Shown here piece by piece: positions 8,500 to 19,076 of a stretch of DNA of 64,000 nucleotides; within the stretch, counting starts at the first letter, position 1; every line of letters begins with the position of its first letter. The translations under genes and the position numbers were made by a program. This DNA is from Blastopirellula marina DSM 3645 (GTDB taxonomy: Bacteria > Planctomycetota > Planctomycetia > Pirellulales > Pirellulaceae). The stretch covers positions 2,499,136-2,563,135 of the forward strand of contig NZ_CH672376.1 of NCBI RefSeq assembly GCF_000153105.1, given 5' to 3'. Below the pieces are notes generated by a model. The model had not been told where the DNA came from, did not search any database, and worked only from the letters and a program-made list of their open reading frames with translations.

Positions 8500-10419
8500 A
8501 TGCACCAGATCCTTTCAAAAATCGAATCGCCCGCTGATCTCAGCAATCTCTCCAACGAACAATTGGAGCAGCTTGCTGCCGAGATCCGGGACGTGCTCTG
8601 CAGTTTAGTGGCCACCCGCACGGCCCACTTTGCGTCGAACCTAGGCGTGGTCGAACTGTCGATCGCGCTGCATCGCACGTTTGACTTCAGCCGCGATCGT
8701 CTCATCTGGGACACCGGGCACCAAATTTACCCGCATAAGTTGCTGACCGGACGCTATGACGAGTTCGGCACGATCCGGACCACCGGCGGATTGATGGGCT
8801 ATCCCAATCCGGCCGAAAGCGACTACGACCTGTTTGTGACCGGCCACGCCGGATCAAGCGTCTCGACGATGCTTGGTCTGCGCAGCGGCGACGACTTGCA
8901 AGGTGAGAAAGATCGTCACGCCGTTGCGGTGATCGGCGACGGAGCGTTTCCCTCGGGCATCGTCTTTGAAGCGCTGAACAACGCCGGCGGCATGAACGCC
9001 AACTTGCTAGTCGTGTTGAATGACAACAAGATGTCGATCTGCCCGCGCGTCGGCGGCGTGGCCGACTACTTTGACCGGCTGCGGATGAATCCGTTCTATA
9101 CCGGCGTCAAGAGCGAAGTGCTCAAGATCCTGAATCATGTTCCGCTGCTGGGCGATCCGACCGAACGGCTGTTGGCCCAGTGCAAAGAAGCGGTCAAAGC
9201 CGGACTGCATGGCGGCATGTTGTTCGAAGAACTTGGCTTCAGCTACATTGGCCCGATCGATGGCCACAACATCGGGTTGCTGCGTAAGTACATGGAGATG
9301 GTCAAAACCTTGCCCGGTCCGGTGCTGTTGCACGTGGTGACCGAAAAGGGGCACGGCTATCAACCGGCTGCAGCCGATCCGGTTTTCTTTCATACGCCGC
9401 CGGCGTTTATCGATGACAACGGCACCGTGGTGCCGAAGAAGTCGGGCGGCGCCAAAGCGTACACCAACTACGCGCGCGACGCGATTGCCGAGCAGATGCG
9501 CAAATGCGACAAGGTGACCGTCATGACCGCGGCGATGTGCCAAGGAACGAAGATGGAGCCGGTTCGCGATGAGTTCCCGCATCGCTTTTTTGATACCGGC
9601 ATTTGCGAATCGCACGCCGTCGCGTTCGCAGCCGGACAAGCGAAGACCGGGCTGCGTCCGATCGTCAACATTTACAGCACCTTCCTACAGCGCAGTTTCG
9701 ATCAGATCTTCCAAGAGGTCGCGCTGCAAGACTTGCCGGTCGTCTTTACGATGGACCGCGCCGGTCTGACGGCCGCCGATGGTCCGACGCATCACGGCTC
9801 GTACGACATCGGCTACATGCGGTTGTTCCCCAACATGATCGTCATGGCGCCGGGCGACGCCGAAGAAGTAGGCGAGATGCTCGACTTCGCGCTGCTGCAA
9901 GATCATCCGTCGGCGATCCGCTATCCAAAAGCCAACGCCGAAACGGTCGAGCGCAATCGCACGCCGATAGGGTTGGGCAAAGCCGAAGTCATGTCGACCG
10001 GCGCCGATGGCGCCGTCATCTGTTACGGCGCCCAACTAGCCGACGCCCAGCGCGCCGTCGAAACGCTAAAGAGCGAAGGGCTGAACGTCGGGCTGATCAA
10101 CGCTCGCTTCTGCAAACCGATCGATCGCGAGACGATTGTCGGCGCCGTGAAGACCTCGCCGTTTGTGGTGACCGTCGAAGAAGGCGCATTGATGACCGGC
10201 TTCGGCAGCGCCGTGCTGGAAGCGTGCGCCGATGAAGGCGTTGACGCGAGCCGCGTCAAACGACTCGGCATCCCCGACACGTTCATCGATCACGGCGAAC
10301 GCGAAGAACGTTTGGCCGAAATCTTTTTGACCGCCGAAGGGATCGCCCAGGTTTGCCGCGAGATGGCGGCGAAGATCAGTTCGCTGCATGGGGACGATTC
10401 GCTGACGGCGGGGTCGTAA
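8500..10419 (+). CDS. dxs: 1-deoxy-D-xylulose-5-phosphate synthase
   Basis: 639 aa; TPP-binding GDGA...NDN motif and transketolase-like domains; follows ispA. Confidence 0.95.
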   Translation: MHQILSKIESPADLSNLSNEQLEQLAAEIRDVLCSLVATRTAHFASNLGVVELSIALHRTFDFSRDRLIWDTGHQIYPHKLLTGRYDEFGTIRTTGGLMGYPNPAESDYDLFVTGHAGSSVSTMLGLRSGDDLQGEKDRHAVAVIGDGAFPSGIVFEALNNAGGMNANLLVVLNDNKMSICPRVGGVADYFDRLRMNPFYTGVKSEVLKILNHVPLLGDPTERLLAQCKEAVKAGLHGGMLFEELGFSYIGPIDGHNIGLLRKYMEMVKTLPGPVLLHVVTEKGHGYQPAAADPVFFHTPPAFIDDNGTVVPKKSGGAKAYTNYARDAIAEQMRKCDKVTVMTAAMCQGTKMEPVRDEFPHRFFDTGICESHAVAFAAGQAKTGLRPIVNIYSTFLQRSFDQIFQEVALQDLPVVFTMDRAGLTAADGPTHHGSYDIGYMRLFPNMIVMAPGDAEEVGEMLDFALLQDHPSAIRYPKANAETVERNRTPIGLGKAEVMSTGADGAVICYGAQLADAQRAVETLKSEGLNVGLINARFCKPIDRETIVGAVKTSPFVVTVEEGALMTGFGSAVLEACADEGVDASRVKRLGIPDTFIDHGEREERLAEIFLTAEGIAQVCREMAAKISSLHGDDSLTAGS

Positions 10420-10482
10420 TTGCTGCACAGTGCTGTAATCGGTGTACAGTGTCCCCCTGAAGCCAACGGATGCGAAAATCGC

Positions 10483-10518
10483 AACACTACACCACTAGCC
10501 CGCGCAGCGCCAGCGAGG
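10483..10518. repeat. ~36-nt intergenic motif AACAC-N6-CACTAGCCCGCGCAGCGCCAGCGAGG, also present at 47720-47753
   Basis: Direct comparison of the two intergenic regions shows near-identical 27-nt cores. Confidence 0.4.
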
Positions 10519-10564
10519 TGCGAATCAGTCTTGAAATCGACATTCCAAATAAGAGCTGCGACCT

Positions 10565-11473
10565 ATGGGAACCTGGGGACCGGGGCTGTACGCCAATGAC
10601 ATGGCGCGGGATCTAAAACCGATGGTCAGGGCGATTGCAAAAATCCCCGTGGAGCCGGCGCGCGTTGTAGAGTTGGCTTGCGAAATGTATCCAGAAGCCT
10701 CCCTGGATCCAAACGATGAGGGACATACGACATTTTGGCTGGTGCTGGCCGACCAATTGTACAACTGGCGCGTCGATGCGCGTGAAGCCTTTGAGCGAGC
10801 GATCGCGATCGTTGATTCAGGTGTCGATATTCAGCTGCCGTTGCATCAGGAAATGGGCCCGGCGGACGTGCGCAAGCGGGAGAAATCTCTGCAAAAACTG
10901 CGTGAGAAGTTGGTGCAGCCTATCGACGGAGTACGAAAGACCCTGGCGGCGCCTGAGAAGTTGACGATGGAGTTGGGCGACATCATCGTATTTCCATTGG
11001 CGAAAGGGATGATTGTCGTGCCTGGGAAGGACGCTATGGGGACGCTTAATCCTTATTGGAGCCGAGCTCTTACAGCTCGTTTCGGAAAACAAGAACAGCA
11101 GGACTGGGGCGCCGCGGTCCTTGTAAAATGTGAATTGATCTTTGGCTTCCTTGCGTCTTATTGTCCGATCATCCTGGACCGACGTCTCTACCTGGACGAA
11201 AAACCTACGAGAGAGATGCTTCTTGCGCACCAGGGTTGGGATTTGACGATGCCTGGAACTTGTTCTTCCGCGCACTTTAAACGGTTGCAAATCGAAAAGG
11301 TGGGCCGCATCAAGATCGATCCAGATGTCATTGAGCAGAAGTTTCCCTCGATGTACGGCCTCCGCAATGCCGCGGTGAAAGATATTTCGATCTGCGAATC
11401 ACTCTACATTGGACGTCGCAAGCCGCACAATTTTGAGTCAATCCAATCCCTGTCGGAGATCACTTTGAGCTAA
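10565..11473 (+). CDS. hypothetical protein with DUF4259-like N-terminus
   Basis: Opens MGTWGPGLYANDMA, as DUF4259 proteins typically do; remainder unrecognised. Confidence 0.45.
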   Translation: MGTWGPGLYANDMARDLKPMVRAIAKIPVEPARVVELACEMYPEASLDPNDEGHTTFWLVLADQLYNWRVDAREAFERAIAIVDSGVDIQLPLHQEMGPADVRKREKSLQKLREKLVQPIDGVRKTLAAPEKLTMELGDIIVFPLAKGMIVVPGKDAMGTLNPYWSRALTARFGKQEQQDWGAAVLVKCELIFGFLASYCPIILDRRLYLDEKPTREMLLAHQGWDLTMPGTCSSAHFKRLQIEKVGRIKIDPDVIEQKFPSMYGLRNAAVKDISICESLYIGRRKPHNFESIQSLSEITLS

Positions 11474-11653
11474 GTGGGCATTGCTAACGCCTCCTGAGCT
11501 GTGAAAAGAGGCGGACCGCGAGCTGGTGTCAGATCGTGTCGGCGGATCCCCTTTCTCTTTCCGCAAAAAAATAAGACGCTCGCACAGTCAGCGACCCAGA
11601 GCACCGCCGACTTTATTTTAGAAATTTTCGAACTGGTTGGAAGATCGTCGCCG

Positions 11654-12052
11654 TTATTTGGCCCGATCGACTTGAAAGTCGATCGAGTTTGTCCCGTCGA
11701 CCACTTCCGCTTGCAACTGCGATTGGCCGATGACGCCGTATTTGCTGGCGATCGCCGACTGTCCGCCGTAGCTGGAGCTGCCGGTAATCGTCACGTTGTA
11801 TTTGCCTTGCGGTGCGCCATCCGACTCACCGAAGGTTCCTAGCTCGTAAGTTCCATCTTTTTGTAAATAGCCAATCGAGCTGGAGTTGCCTTCGACGGCG
11901 GCGAAGACGATCGTTCCGCCGGAAACGGGCGATCCGTCTTCAAAAGTGACGGTCCCCTGGACCTGGGACATCCCCCCATCGCCAAAGCATCCACCAAGGC
12001 AAGGCGCAAGCAGCGAAACCAGCAGAGCGTATCGTAAATTGGATTGAGACAT
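11654..12052 (-). CDS. small lipoprotein, carboxypeptidase-regulatory-like, partner of DUF1559
   Basis: Lipobox LAPCLGGC; VQGTVTFEDGSPVSGGTIVF...DGTYEL motif; lies 95 nt downstream of the DUF1559 gene. Confidence 0.7.
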   Translation of the reverse strand: MSQSNLRYALLVSLLAPCLGGCFGDGGMSQVQGTVTFEDGSPVSGGTIVFAAVEGNSSSIGYLQKDGTYELGTFGESDGAPQGKYNVTITGSSSYGGQSAIASKYGVIGQSQLQAEVVDGTNSIDFQVDRAK

Positions 12053-12147
12053 GAGTTGTCACCTGATGTTCACGTGGAGTGCAAGTCATCATCGCCGGCG
12101 GTCGCGTTTCGTCCGCCAGCGATCATGGGAAACTGCCGCTGCGAAGC

Positions 12148-13080
12148 TTATTGGTCGTAGTTGTTCACACGACCGTCGCGGCGGTCAGCCATCAGCAGAG
12201 TAAACTCAGGGTTGACGTTCACGGCGACATTTTTGACGCTGCCGTCGCCCATCAGCATCTGGCTGATGCCGGGGTGAAGACTGCCAAAGCTCTTGCGATA
12301 ATTGGTGTTATCATCGGTGATATCGGGACCACGCATCATGGGGAACTTCGCGTTGCGTATGATCATCCAGGTCTTCCAGTCGTCGACGTGCCAATAGTAC
12401 AACGTTCCGTCGCCGGCGTTGGCGTGAGCGTTGATCCGGCTGACCGGCACGTACTTCTCTCCAAGCACGGATGTGTTCGACAAGCCGTCCGTAATGCTGG
12501 CGAACGACGTTTGCGATCTCCAACCCACAAAGCGACCGCTGCCGTCCTCGGCTCCGCCTTTGGCCAAGATCATCGTGCTGTAGTGACGGCTGGGCGTCGC
12601 ATTATCGCCGTCCAGACGATCACAATCGTCGCTGCTTTCTCGGTTGCCGGTGATCGCATAGTCGGTCGCGGCGCCCAACACCGAAATCGACGTCCCGCTA
12701 CGACGGCTAGGGCACAGCAGCCCGGGGACCGCGGCCGCATCGGAGTTGATAAACGTGTAGTTGTCGCCGGTCGTCATCTTCTGCGTCAGATCGATCTGAT
12801 CCACGATATTCTGCTGTTCCATGTACGGCATGATCAGCGGGTAAAAACTGGCGTACTCATTGCCCAACGCAGCCGGCGGCAAATAGCCGAACGTGTCATG
12901 AAAATTGTGGATCGTCAAACCCAACTGCTTCAGATTATTGCTGCATTGCATCCGCCGAGCCGCTTCGCGCGCTTGTTGCACGGCCGGCAATAACAAAGCA
13001 ATCAAAACGCCGATAATGGCGATCACGACCAACAGTTCAACCAGGGTAAAACCTTGGTGGGAGCGAGCACGAAGTTTCAT
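12148..13080 (-). CDS. DUF1559 protein with prepilin-type N-terminal methylation domain
   Basis: [52 protein letters not shown] ... [18 protein letters not shown]. Confidence 0.85.
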   Translation of the reverse strand: MKLRARSHQGFTLVELLVVIAIIGVLIALLLPAVQQAREAARRMQCSNNLKQLGLTIHNFHDTFGYLPPAALGNEYASFYPLIMPYMEQQNIVDQIDLTQKMTTGDNYTFINSDAAAVPGLLCPSRRSGTSISVLGAATDYAITGNRESSDDCDRLDGDNATPSRHYSTMILAKGGAEDGSGRFVGWRSQTSFASITDGLSNTSVLGEKYVPVSRINAHANAGDGTLYYWHVDDWKTWMIIRNAKFPMMRGPDITDDNTNYRKSFGSLHPGISQMLMGDGSVKNVAVNVNPEFTLLMADRRDGRVNNYDQ

Positions 13081-13508
13081 GGGACCAGCTCTCATGGAAT
13101 GGGAGAATGAGAAGAACGACGAGAGAATATTCACTGTTAATCGAAAACAGCGTGGGAAGGTATTCTATTGACTGGGATGCTTGCTTAAAAGGTGGAAAAG
13201 GGTCTCTTAGGCCTAATTTACGGGGTTCACTTGCGTCGTTCTCAATTCGGATGTGTTTTCTTGCGATTAGATGGTCATTCCTACTACGGAAGGTGTTGTT
13301 GGGATGATTACAGCGACTTGTGCGATGGAGAAATTTGACAACCAAGCGGCGCGAATTAGTTCAATTCAATGGAGTTATTCGACTTCGATTTAGTTGTTGG
13401 AATCGGCTAGTGTTCAGGTTGTTGGGAATCTCCGGCCGTCATTCGACATTCGTCATTCCCCACATTTCCCGGCTTGTTTCTCCTTTTCCGGCAGCGGAAG
13501 ATAGCCGT

Positions 13509-14405
13509 ATGCCAAATCTCCAACCACCATTGCCGGGGAAGCCAAGCTGGCTTTCGTCTCCTCAGAAGCCGCGGGTGATGCTGATCGGCGCCGGCGATCG
13601 TGAGCACGTGCGCGAAGAAGCGGTCCGGTTGCAGCAGATCATTCCGCAGTATGCCGAGCTGGTCCACGTTGATCTTGACTGGAAGTCCGAACTCTCGGAG
13701 ATCGACGCCGATTTCGCGATTGTGCTCGGCGGCGACGGGTCGCTGTTGGCGGCGGCGCGCAGCATGGGGCATCGTCAGGTGCCGGTGGCCGGCGTAAATA
13801 TGGGTAAACTTGGTTTTCTGGCGGAGTTTTCGCCGGAAGAGATGTGCGCCGAATTGCCCAACATTTGTCGCGGCGACTGCTTTGTGATCGAGCATATGAT
13901 GTTCCGGTGCCGCGTATTTGAGGGAGAGGACCTCATCGGCGAGGCGATCGGGCTGAACGAGGCGGCGATTTTGGGCGGGCCGCCGTTTCAGATCCAAACG
14001 ATCGATCTTTACGTTGACTCAAAATTGGCGACCACCTATAACTGCGACGGTTTGATCGTCAGCACCCCGGTTGGGTCGACCGCCCATAACCTGTCGGCTG
14101 GCGGGCCGATCTTGCGAGCCGACTTGCACGCGTTTGTCGTTTCGCCGATTAGTCCCCATACGTTGACGGTCCGCCCGGTGGTGGATACGGCCGAGCGAAC
14201 CTACGAGATTCGCGTGACCGGCGCCGAAGCGAACCTGTCGGTCGTGGTCGATGGCCGTGTACTGGCGCGGCTGACTCCCGAACTGCGAGTCGTGGTCGAT
14301 CGAGCCGAACAGCGATTTAAACGAATCGCGATTGCAAGTCACAATTACTATCGAACCCTCCGCGAGAAGTTAGGTTGGGGAGGGAGAATCGATAACGGCC
14401 GCTAG
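13509..14405 (+). CDS. nadK: NAD(+) kinase
   Basis: GGDGSLL motif and NCDGLIVSTPVGSTAHNLSAGGPI (NadK signature); ATG at 13509 inside the longer GTG-initiated ORF. Confidence 0.85.
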   Translation: MPNLQPPLPGKPSWLSSPQKPRVMLIGAGDREHVREEAVRLQQIIPQYAELVHVDLDWKSELSEIDADFAIVLGGDGSLLAAARSMGHRQVPVAGVNMGKLGFLAEFSPEEMCAELPNICRGDCFVIEHMMFRCRVFEGEDLIGEAIGLNEAAILGGPPFQIQTIDLYVDSKLATTYNCDGLIVSTPVGSTAHNLSAGGPILRADLHAFVVSPISPHTLTVRPVVDTAERTYEIRVTGAEANLSVVVDGRVLARLTPELRVVVDRAEQRFKRIAIASHNYYRTLREKLGWGGRIDNGR

Positions 14406-14437
14406 TCGGTCGTTCCCGCAGCAGATTCAACGCAAGG

Positions 14438-15337
14438 ATGCCCGAGATGACGCGAAATGGATTTTTCGGTCTGGTTCTTACTGCAACTTTGGCGACGTTC
14501 GCGATCGCCGACGAAAAGTACGACCTGAAGTACAAATATGCCGAAGGAGACGTTCTGCGCAGCAAGGTGACTCACCTGGTGAATGTGCAGACCAAGATCC
14601 AAGGCAATCAGCAAACCGCCCAGTCGCGGACCGCGTCAACCAAAAACTGGAAGGTCGAAAAGATCGACGACGATGGCAACATCACGCTGGTCCACTCGAT
14701 CGAAGACCTGAACATGTGGAACAAGGTGACCGATCGACCAGAGCAGGTTTACGACAGCGCCTCGCAAGATCCCCCCTCCCCCATCTTTGAACGGGCCGCC
14801 AAATCGGTCGGGGTGCCGCTCTCGCGATTTACGATCAGCAAGAATGGCCTGTTGGTCGAACGCGAAGAACTGCAAGAAAGCGCCACCGCCCCGTTTAACC
14901 AGGTGACCGTCGTGTTGCCGGAAGAGCCGGTCGAAATCGGCGCCAAATGGGATTCGCCGACCGACGTGCAGATTCGGACCTCGAAGCAACAACTGAAGAA
15001 GGTGAAGACGCGGCAGCTATTCACCCTAGAGGCGGTCTCCAACGGCGTCGCGACGATCGACATGAAGACGCAGATCTTGACCCCGATCGAGAACCCAGAA
15101 ATCAAGGTCGAGCTGATTCAGCAGTTGGCCAACGGCAAGATCAAGTTTGACATCGACAAGGGGCGCATCATTCGCCAAGACCTGGAGATGGACGAAACCG
15201 TCATCGGCTTCCAAGGGGAAGCGAGCATGATGAAGTTCTTGGGCCGCATGCAGGAAGAACTGCTGACCGAACAAGTTCGCACGGCCGAAGCGCCGACTCC
15301 GGCGAAGCCGAAGCATGAGAAATCGGTCTTGGAATAG
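14438..15337 (+). CDS. secreted hypothetical protein
   Basis: N-terminal signal peptide (FGLVLTATLATFAIA); no recognisable domain. Confidence 0.5.
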   Translation: MPEMTRNGFFGLVLTATLATFAIADEKYDLKYKYAEGDVLRSKVTHLVNVQTKIQGNQQTAQSRTASTKNWKVEKIDDDGNITLVHSIEDLNMWNKVTDRPEQVYDSASQDPPSPIFERAAKSVGVPLSRFTISKNGLLVEREELQESATAPFNQVTVVLPEEPVEIGAKWDSPTDVQIRTSKQQLKKVKTRQLFTLEAVSNGVATIDMKTQILTPIENPEIKVELIQQLANGKIKFDIDKGRIIRQDLEMDETVIGFQGEASMMKFLGRMQEELLTEQVRTAEAPTPAKPKHEKSVLE

Positions 15338-15438
15338 TTGGGTTCCGAAGAACGAATGTCGAATTCCCGGGGGCGTGTCTACGCTCCCTTTTTTTATGAG
15401 TAAACCTCTTGTCGCTTTGTGCTTCGATTCGGTGCGCA

Positions 15439-15699
15439 CTAGCGCGCCATGACCATCGGCACGAGAAACTCCTTCTCGGGTGCGACGCGGATTTCAATCG
15501 GCCCGATAAGAGCGTAGAAGATACTGATTGGTATCGCCAACGCGACAAGGATCAGCAGATCCAAAGACGCGGCGCCCAAGCGTAACCAGCGGGACGGCAG
15601 GTCTTCGGTTTGTGGCCGCGCGTAGACCGGCGTTGCTTGAACCAAGTCCGAGTCGTCCGCTGGCGATGTAAACGCGTTTTGCGGCTCAGGTTCGCTCAT
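15439..15699 (-). pseudogene. truncated third RDD-family paralog (N-terminal ~85 aa only)
   Basis: MSEPEPQNAFTSPA...LPSRWLRLGAASLDLLILV matches the N-termini of the two adjacent full-length RDD genes, then terminates. Confidence 0.4.
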
Positions 15700-16296
15700 C
15701 TAGGCCTTCACCACAATCGTGCCGGCGAAGTAGTCATGCAGGCAGCGTTTTTCTTTTGTCAGGAGAAATGCCGGGTCCAGCAGAATCGAGGAAAAGCTGA
15801 GTCGGACGAAAAACCAAAGGCCGAACATCGGGATCTGGAGAGAGAAAATCTGAGCATAGTAGAAGCACAGCCAAGGAAAGTAGCGGACGAAAACGAGCCG
15901 CATAAAGCCAGCGGGTTGGCCATTGCGGCGAATGATCTTTATTCCCATCGCCGCTTTGCCCACGGTTTGGCTGCGTGTTGCGACCAAGTAGCCTTCGACC
16001 AGCAAATAGAAAAAGAGCGTGGTGAAAATAGCTGTTCCCACGAAGAGCCAGTCTGAATACCAAGTTTCGATCACGTTCCCAGTCTCGTCGAAAGGCAAGA
16101 ATGCCGCTTCGACAGTCGGCAGCAAAAAGCCGCCGACAAACATTGCAGGCAGATCGACAATCATAAAATCAATGATCGCCGCCGACAAACGAATCTGGCG
16201 TGTCGGCAGATCGCTTAATTGCGCCGCCAGCGGATCTTCATTCCGCGAATCGGTTGCCGGCGATGCGAACGGGTTTTGCGGTTCTGGCTCGTTCAT
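15700..16296 (-). CDS. RDD family membrane protein
   Basis: R..D..D-type multi-TM protein ending KRCLHDYFAGTIVVKA; tandem paralog of 16297-16842. Confidence 0.7.
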   Translation of the reverse strand: MNEPEPQNPFASPATDSRNEDPLAAQLSDLPTRQIRLSAAIIDFMIVDLPAMFVGGFLLPTVEAAFLPFDETGNVIETWYSDWLFVGTAIFTTLFFYLLVEGYLVATRSQTVGKAAMGIKIIRRNGQPAGFMRLVFVRYFPWLCFYYAQIFSLQIPMFGLWFFVRLSFSSILLDPAFLLTKEKRCLHDYFAGTIVVKA

Positions 16297-16842
16297 CTAG
16301 GCTTTCACCACAATCGTTCCCGCGATGTAATCGTGCATGCAGCGTTTTTCGGCGTTAAAGATCATCAAGATGTCCACCAGCGAAAAGATGATGCCGATGT
16401 ACGGAATCTGTCCGAGCAGCGTCATCGGCGTATAACGGAGCAACATGAGATGGCCGAGCGTCGTTAGCTCTTGGTCTTCGTACCGAACAATCTTGATACC
16501 GCAGGCATACTTGCCGACGGTTTGCCCAGAATGAGCGAGCATGTAGCCGTTCACCAGCAAATACGCCGTTACGCCGATCACAAAGCCGATGATGCTGCTG
16601 AGGATCTGAATCAACCATGGGCTCAAATCTCCCAAACTGCCGAGGACAAAGATCATGACCAGTGCGGCAGGCATGCAAATGACCAGCAGGATGATTGAGT
16701 CAATTAGCGCTGCACCAAGTCGGAGCCAGCGCGACGGCAGCTCGTCATGGTGGACCGCTTTCGGCATCTGCGAGACGACGGTCATCGGCTCGGTGATCTG
16801 CGGCGACGCAAATGGATTATCTTCTTGCTCGAAGTCGGGCAT
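16297..16842 (-). CDS. RDD family membrane protein
   Basis: LPSRWLRLGAALIDSIILLV ... KRCMHDYIAGTIVVKA; tandem duplicate. Confidence 0.7.
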   Translation of the reverse strand: MPDFEQEDNPFASPQITEPMTVVSQMPKAVHHDELPSRWLRLGAALIDSIILLVICMPAALVMIFVLGSLGDLSPWLIQILSSIIGFVIGVTAYLLVNGYMLAHSGQTVGKYACGIKIVRYEDQELTTLGHLMLLRYTPMTLLGQIPYIGIIFSLVDILMIFNAEKRCMHDYIAGTIVVKA

Positions 16843-16901
16843 CAGCGCGTCGGAGCTCCGTGGACCACCTTCTATCCGTAAGTCCCAAAGTATAGCCAGA
16901 C

Positions 16902-18080
16902 TCAAACGCGGTCGCAAAGAATAGCTCGATTGCCGCTGGCAGTCGGCGTTAGGATAATGGTCGCCACAGCGTCGCCCGAAAGCTTTAACTTTTTCAGAAA
17001 CGCTTCGGGGCGAATGTCGAGCCCGCGGACTTTCAATTCGACGCGTCCGATCCCCTGCTCTCGCAGCTTTTTGGTGAGCGATTTGCGATCGATCGGCATT
17101 TGCTCACGCACGCGGAATTGGGAGACGAGCGAAGTTGCCAGCGGCGCGTCTCCGGTCAGGTAGACGCTTCGCGGCAATAGGCGTCCCAGTTGATGCTTGG
17201 CCGCGAAGTGGTCGACCAGTTCCGCCGCGAGCAGTGCTGGGCCCGGCTCCATTACATACGCGCCGACCTCCGCGGCGACTTGCAACGCTGTTTCGTCAGA
17301 CGCGACAAAACTGTGCGCGACGCCGTCTCGATCGACATGCGTCGCGCGGCGTGAGCCTGGCTGTGGAGTCATGTCGCCAAACCAGGCGACCAACTGCCGG
17401 CACTCGCGGCGACTGCTGATCCACTCAAGTTCGGCCGCGGCGAGCCAGGCTTCGGGCGCGTGCGTCGCCGGCGCCAACTTGATCGCGGCGTTGGGGTTTT
17501 TCTGCAGCATGCCGACCAGTTGCTCGGTCGAGGGAGAAAACGAATCCAGCTGCGTGGTCCTTCGGTCGGTCGCGCGGCGATCAGGATCGCAGTGCCAAGC
17601 GTCATAAGCGGCTAGATCAACAGCGGCCGCATCGGCGCATGCGGATGTGATGGGCTGGCCATACGCGGCGCAATTGGCTTGGGCCAACAAGGCTAACTGT
17701 GGCGATTGATCGACTCCCGTCGCGGTTCGCCCCGTGGCCAACGCCAACAGATCGCCGCCTACGCCGCAGCAGAGATCGGCGATTTGCTGGGGCGCAGCGA
17801 AACGCTGCGCTTTGTACCGCGCGAGAACTTCGTCCGTCGCTTGTTCGAGCCCAACCCGCGTAAAAAACATCTCGTCGGCTCGGGAGAACTTCACGCCGCC
17901 GCGCTGACGAAGCTCGAGCTGTTCGGCGATCAGCGTGGCGCGCTCGGGGCCAAGTTCGCGGCGCAGTTGCGACAACTGCGGCAGCGATAGTTCCGGCTTG
18001 GGAAAGGTCGCAAAGATCTCGGCCGCCTCTTCACGGACGAGCCAGTGAAGATCATCGATTTCAGCAGATTCGGCGGACAT
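16902..18080 (-). CDS. class I SAM-dependent methyltransferase with C-terminal THUMP-like domain
   Basis: SAM motif I DLCCGVGGD; domain architecture typical of THUMP-like MTases; start at the Met of MSAESAEIDD. Confidence 0.6.
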   Translation of the reverse strand: MSAESAEIDDLHWLVREEAAEIFATFPKPELSLPQLSQLRRELGPERATLIAEQLELRQRGGVKFSRADEMFFTRVGLEQATDEVLARYKAQRFAAPQQIADLCCGVGGDLLALATGRTATGVDQSPQLALLAQANCAAYGQPITSACADAAAVDLAAYDAWHCDPDRRATDRRTTQLDSFSPSTEQLVGMLQKNPNAAIKLAPATHAPEAWLAAAELEWISSRRECRQLVAWFGDMTPQPGSRRATHVDRDGVAHSFVASDETALQVAAEVGAYVMEPGPALLAAELVDHFAAKHQLGRLLPRSVYLTGDAPLATSLVSQFRVREQMPIDRKSLTKKLREQGIGRVELKVRGLDIRPEAFLKKLKLSGDAVATIILTPTASGNRAILCDRV

Positions 18081-18234
18081 GACGTTTGGGGGGATAACGA
18101 AAGAAACGAACATTCTAACCTGGAAAGCTTCGCCGGGAATGACGGTCGTGCCCCTGTACGGCATTCTTGTCGGGACGATCGCTAGCAGATGTCGATACCG
18201 AAAGAGGAACCGCTCTGTCAGAGGAGAGAATCGA

Positions 18235-19002
18235 ATGATCCGCCGCAACTTAACCTACGCCGCGATAATGGCCGCGTGCTTCGGCGGCCCTTATTCGTTC
18301 TATCATCCCGAAGCCCGTAAAACGGTCGAGTCGATCTGGACGCAGGCGAGCAGCTATCTCCCGTCAGGAGAAAAGTCTGGCGCCGAGAAGCCGGTCGCGT
18401 CGATCGAAGCTCCGGCGTCGCACGAAATGCCGCCCGAGCAGCCGAACCCATTTATGACGCCGTCCCTGACCGGCAGTGATGCGCTGAACGCGCCGGTGAC
18501 CGGCCCACCGGTGCAGGACTTTTTGGAGGTCTTCAACTTCAACGCCGATTCGCGTTGGGTAGCGACGCGTTGGCCCCGGGTTTCCACCGCACTAGCCGAT
18601 TTGAACCTGGAAGGACTTCGCGCGCCGCTGGTGACCGGATCGCAGTACGATGACCTAGCCGGCTCGATCACCTATTACTTTGATCGAGATGGACATGTGC
18701 AGCGGATTACGTTTCATGGAACGACCGGCGATGAGCGTCGTTTGGTCGAGATGCTGACTCGGCACTTTGGCTTCAAGCATGAACCAACGCTCGACGCCGG
18801 ACTTTACCTGGTGAAATGGAACGGCGATCCGACCAGCGTGTTGATGCTACGCAATGCGATGGTCATCAACGCGTCGCAGCCGCACACGCGTTTGAATGTC
18901 GCGCTCGAGATCAATCGCCCGTCACGCTACTACGGGCTGAGCCCGCAGATGACCGAGACAGTCGAAGAGGCGAAGAACTCCCAGCGCTGGGGGAAACCGT
19001 AG
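18235..19002 (+). CDS. hypothetical exported/membrane protein
   Basis: GAGGAGAG Shine-Dalgarno upstream of ATG 18235; N-terminal hydrophobic segment. Confidence 0.45.
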   Translation: MIRRNLTYAAIMAACFGGPYSFYHPEARKTVESIWTQASSYLPSGEKSGAEKPVASIEAPASHEMPPEQPNPFMTPSLTGSDALNAPVTGPPVQDFLEVFNFNADSRWVATRWPRVSTALADLNLEGLRAPLVTGSQYDDLAGSITYYFDRDGHVQRITFHGTTGDERRLVEMLTRHFGFKHEPTLDAGLYLVKWNGDPTSVLMLRNAMVINASQPHTRLNVALEINRPSRYYGLSPQMTETVEEAKNSQRWGKP

Positions 19003-19076
19003 CAAACCGGAATACTTCGCCATCCGCATTCAAGAAATGCCCTTGCGACGCCGACGCCGCAAGGGCATGACGACGT

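Noticed and set aside
7668-8714. 348-aa minus-strand ORF
   Set aside because: Antisense to ispA and dxs; Arg/Pro/Ser-rich, no domain
9603-10235. 210-aa Arg-rich ORF
   Set aside because: Alternative frame inside dxs
12079-12993. 304-aa plus-strand ORF
   Set aside because: Antisense to a DUF1559 gene that has clear family motifs
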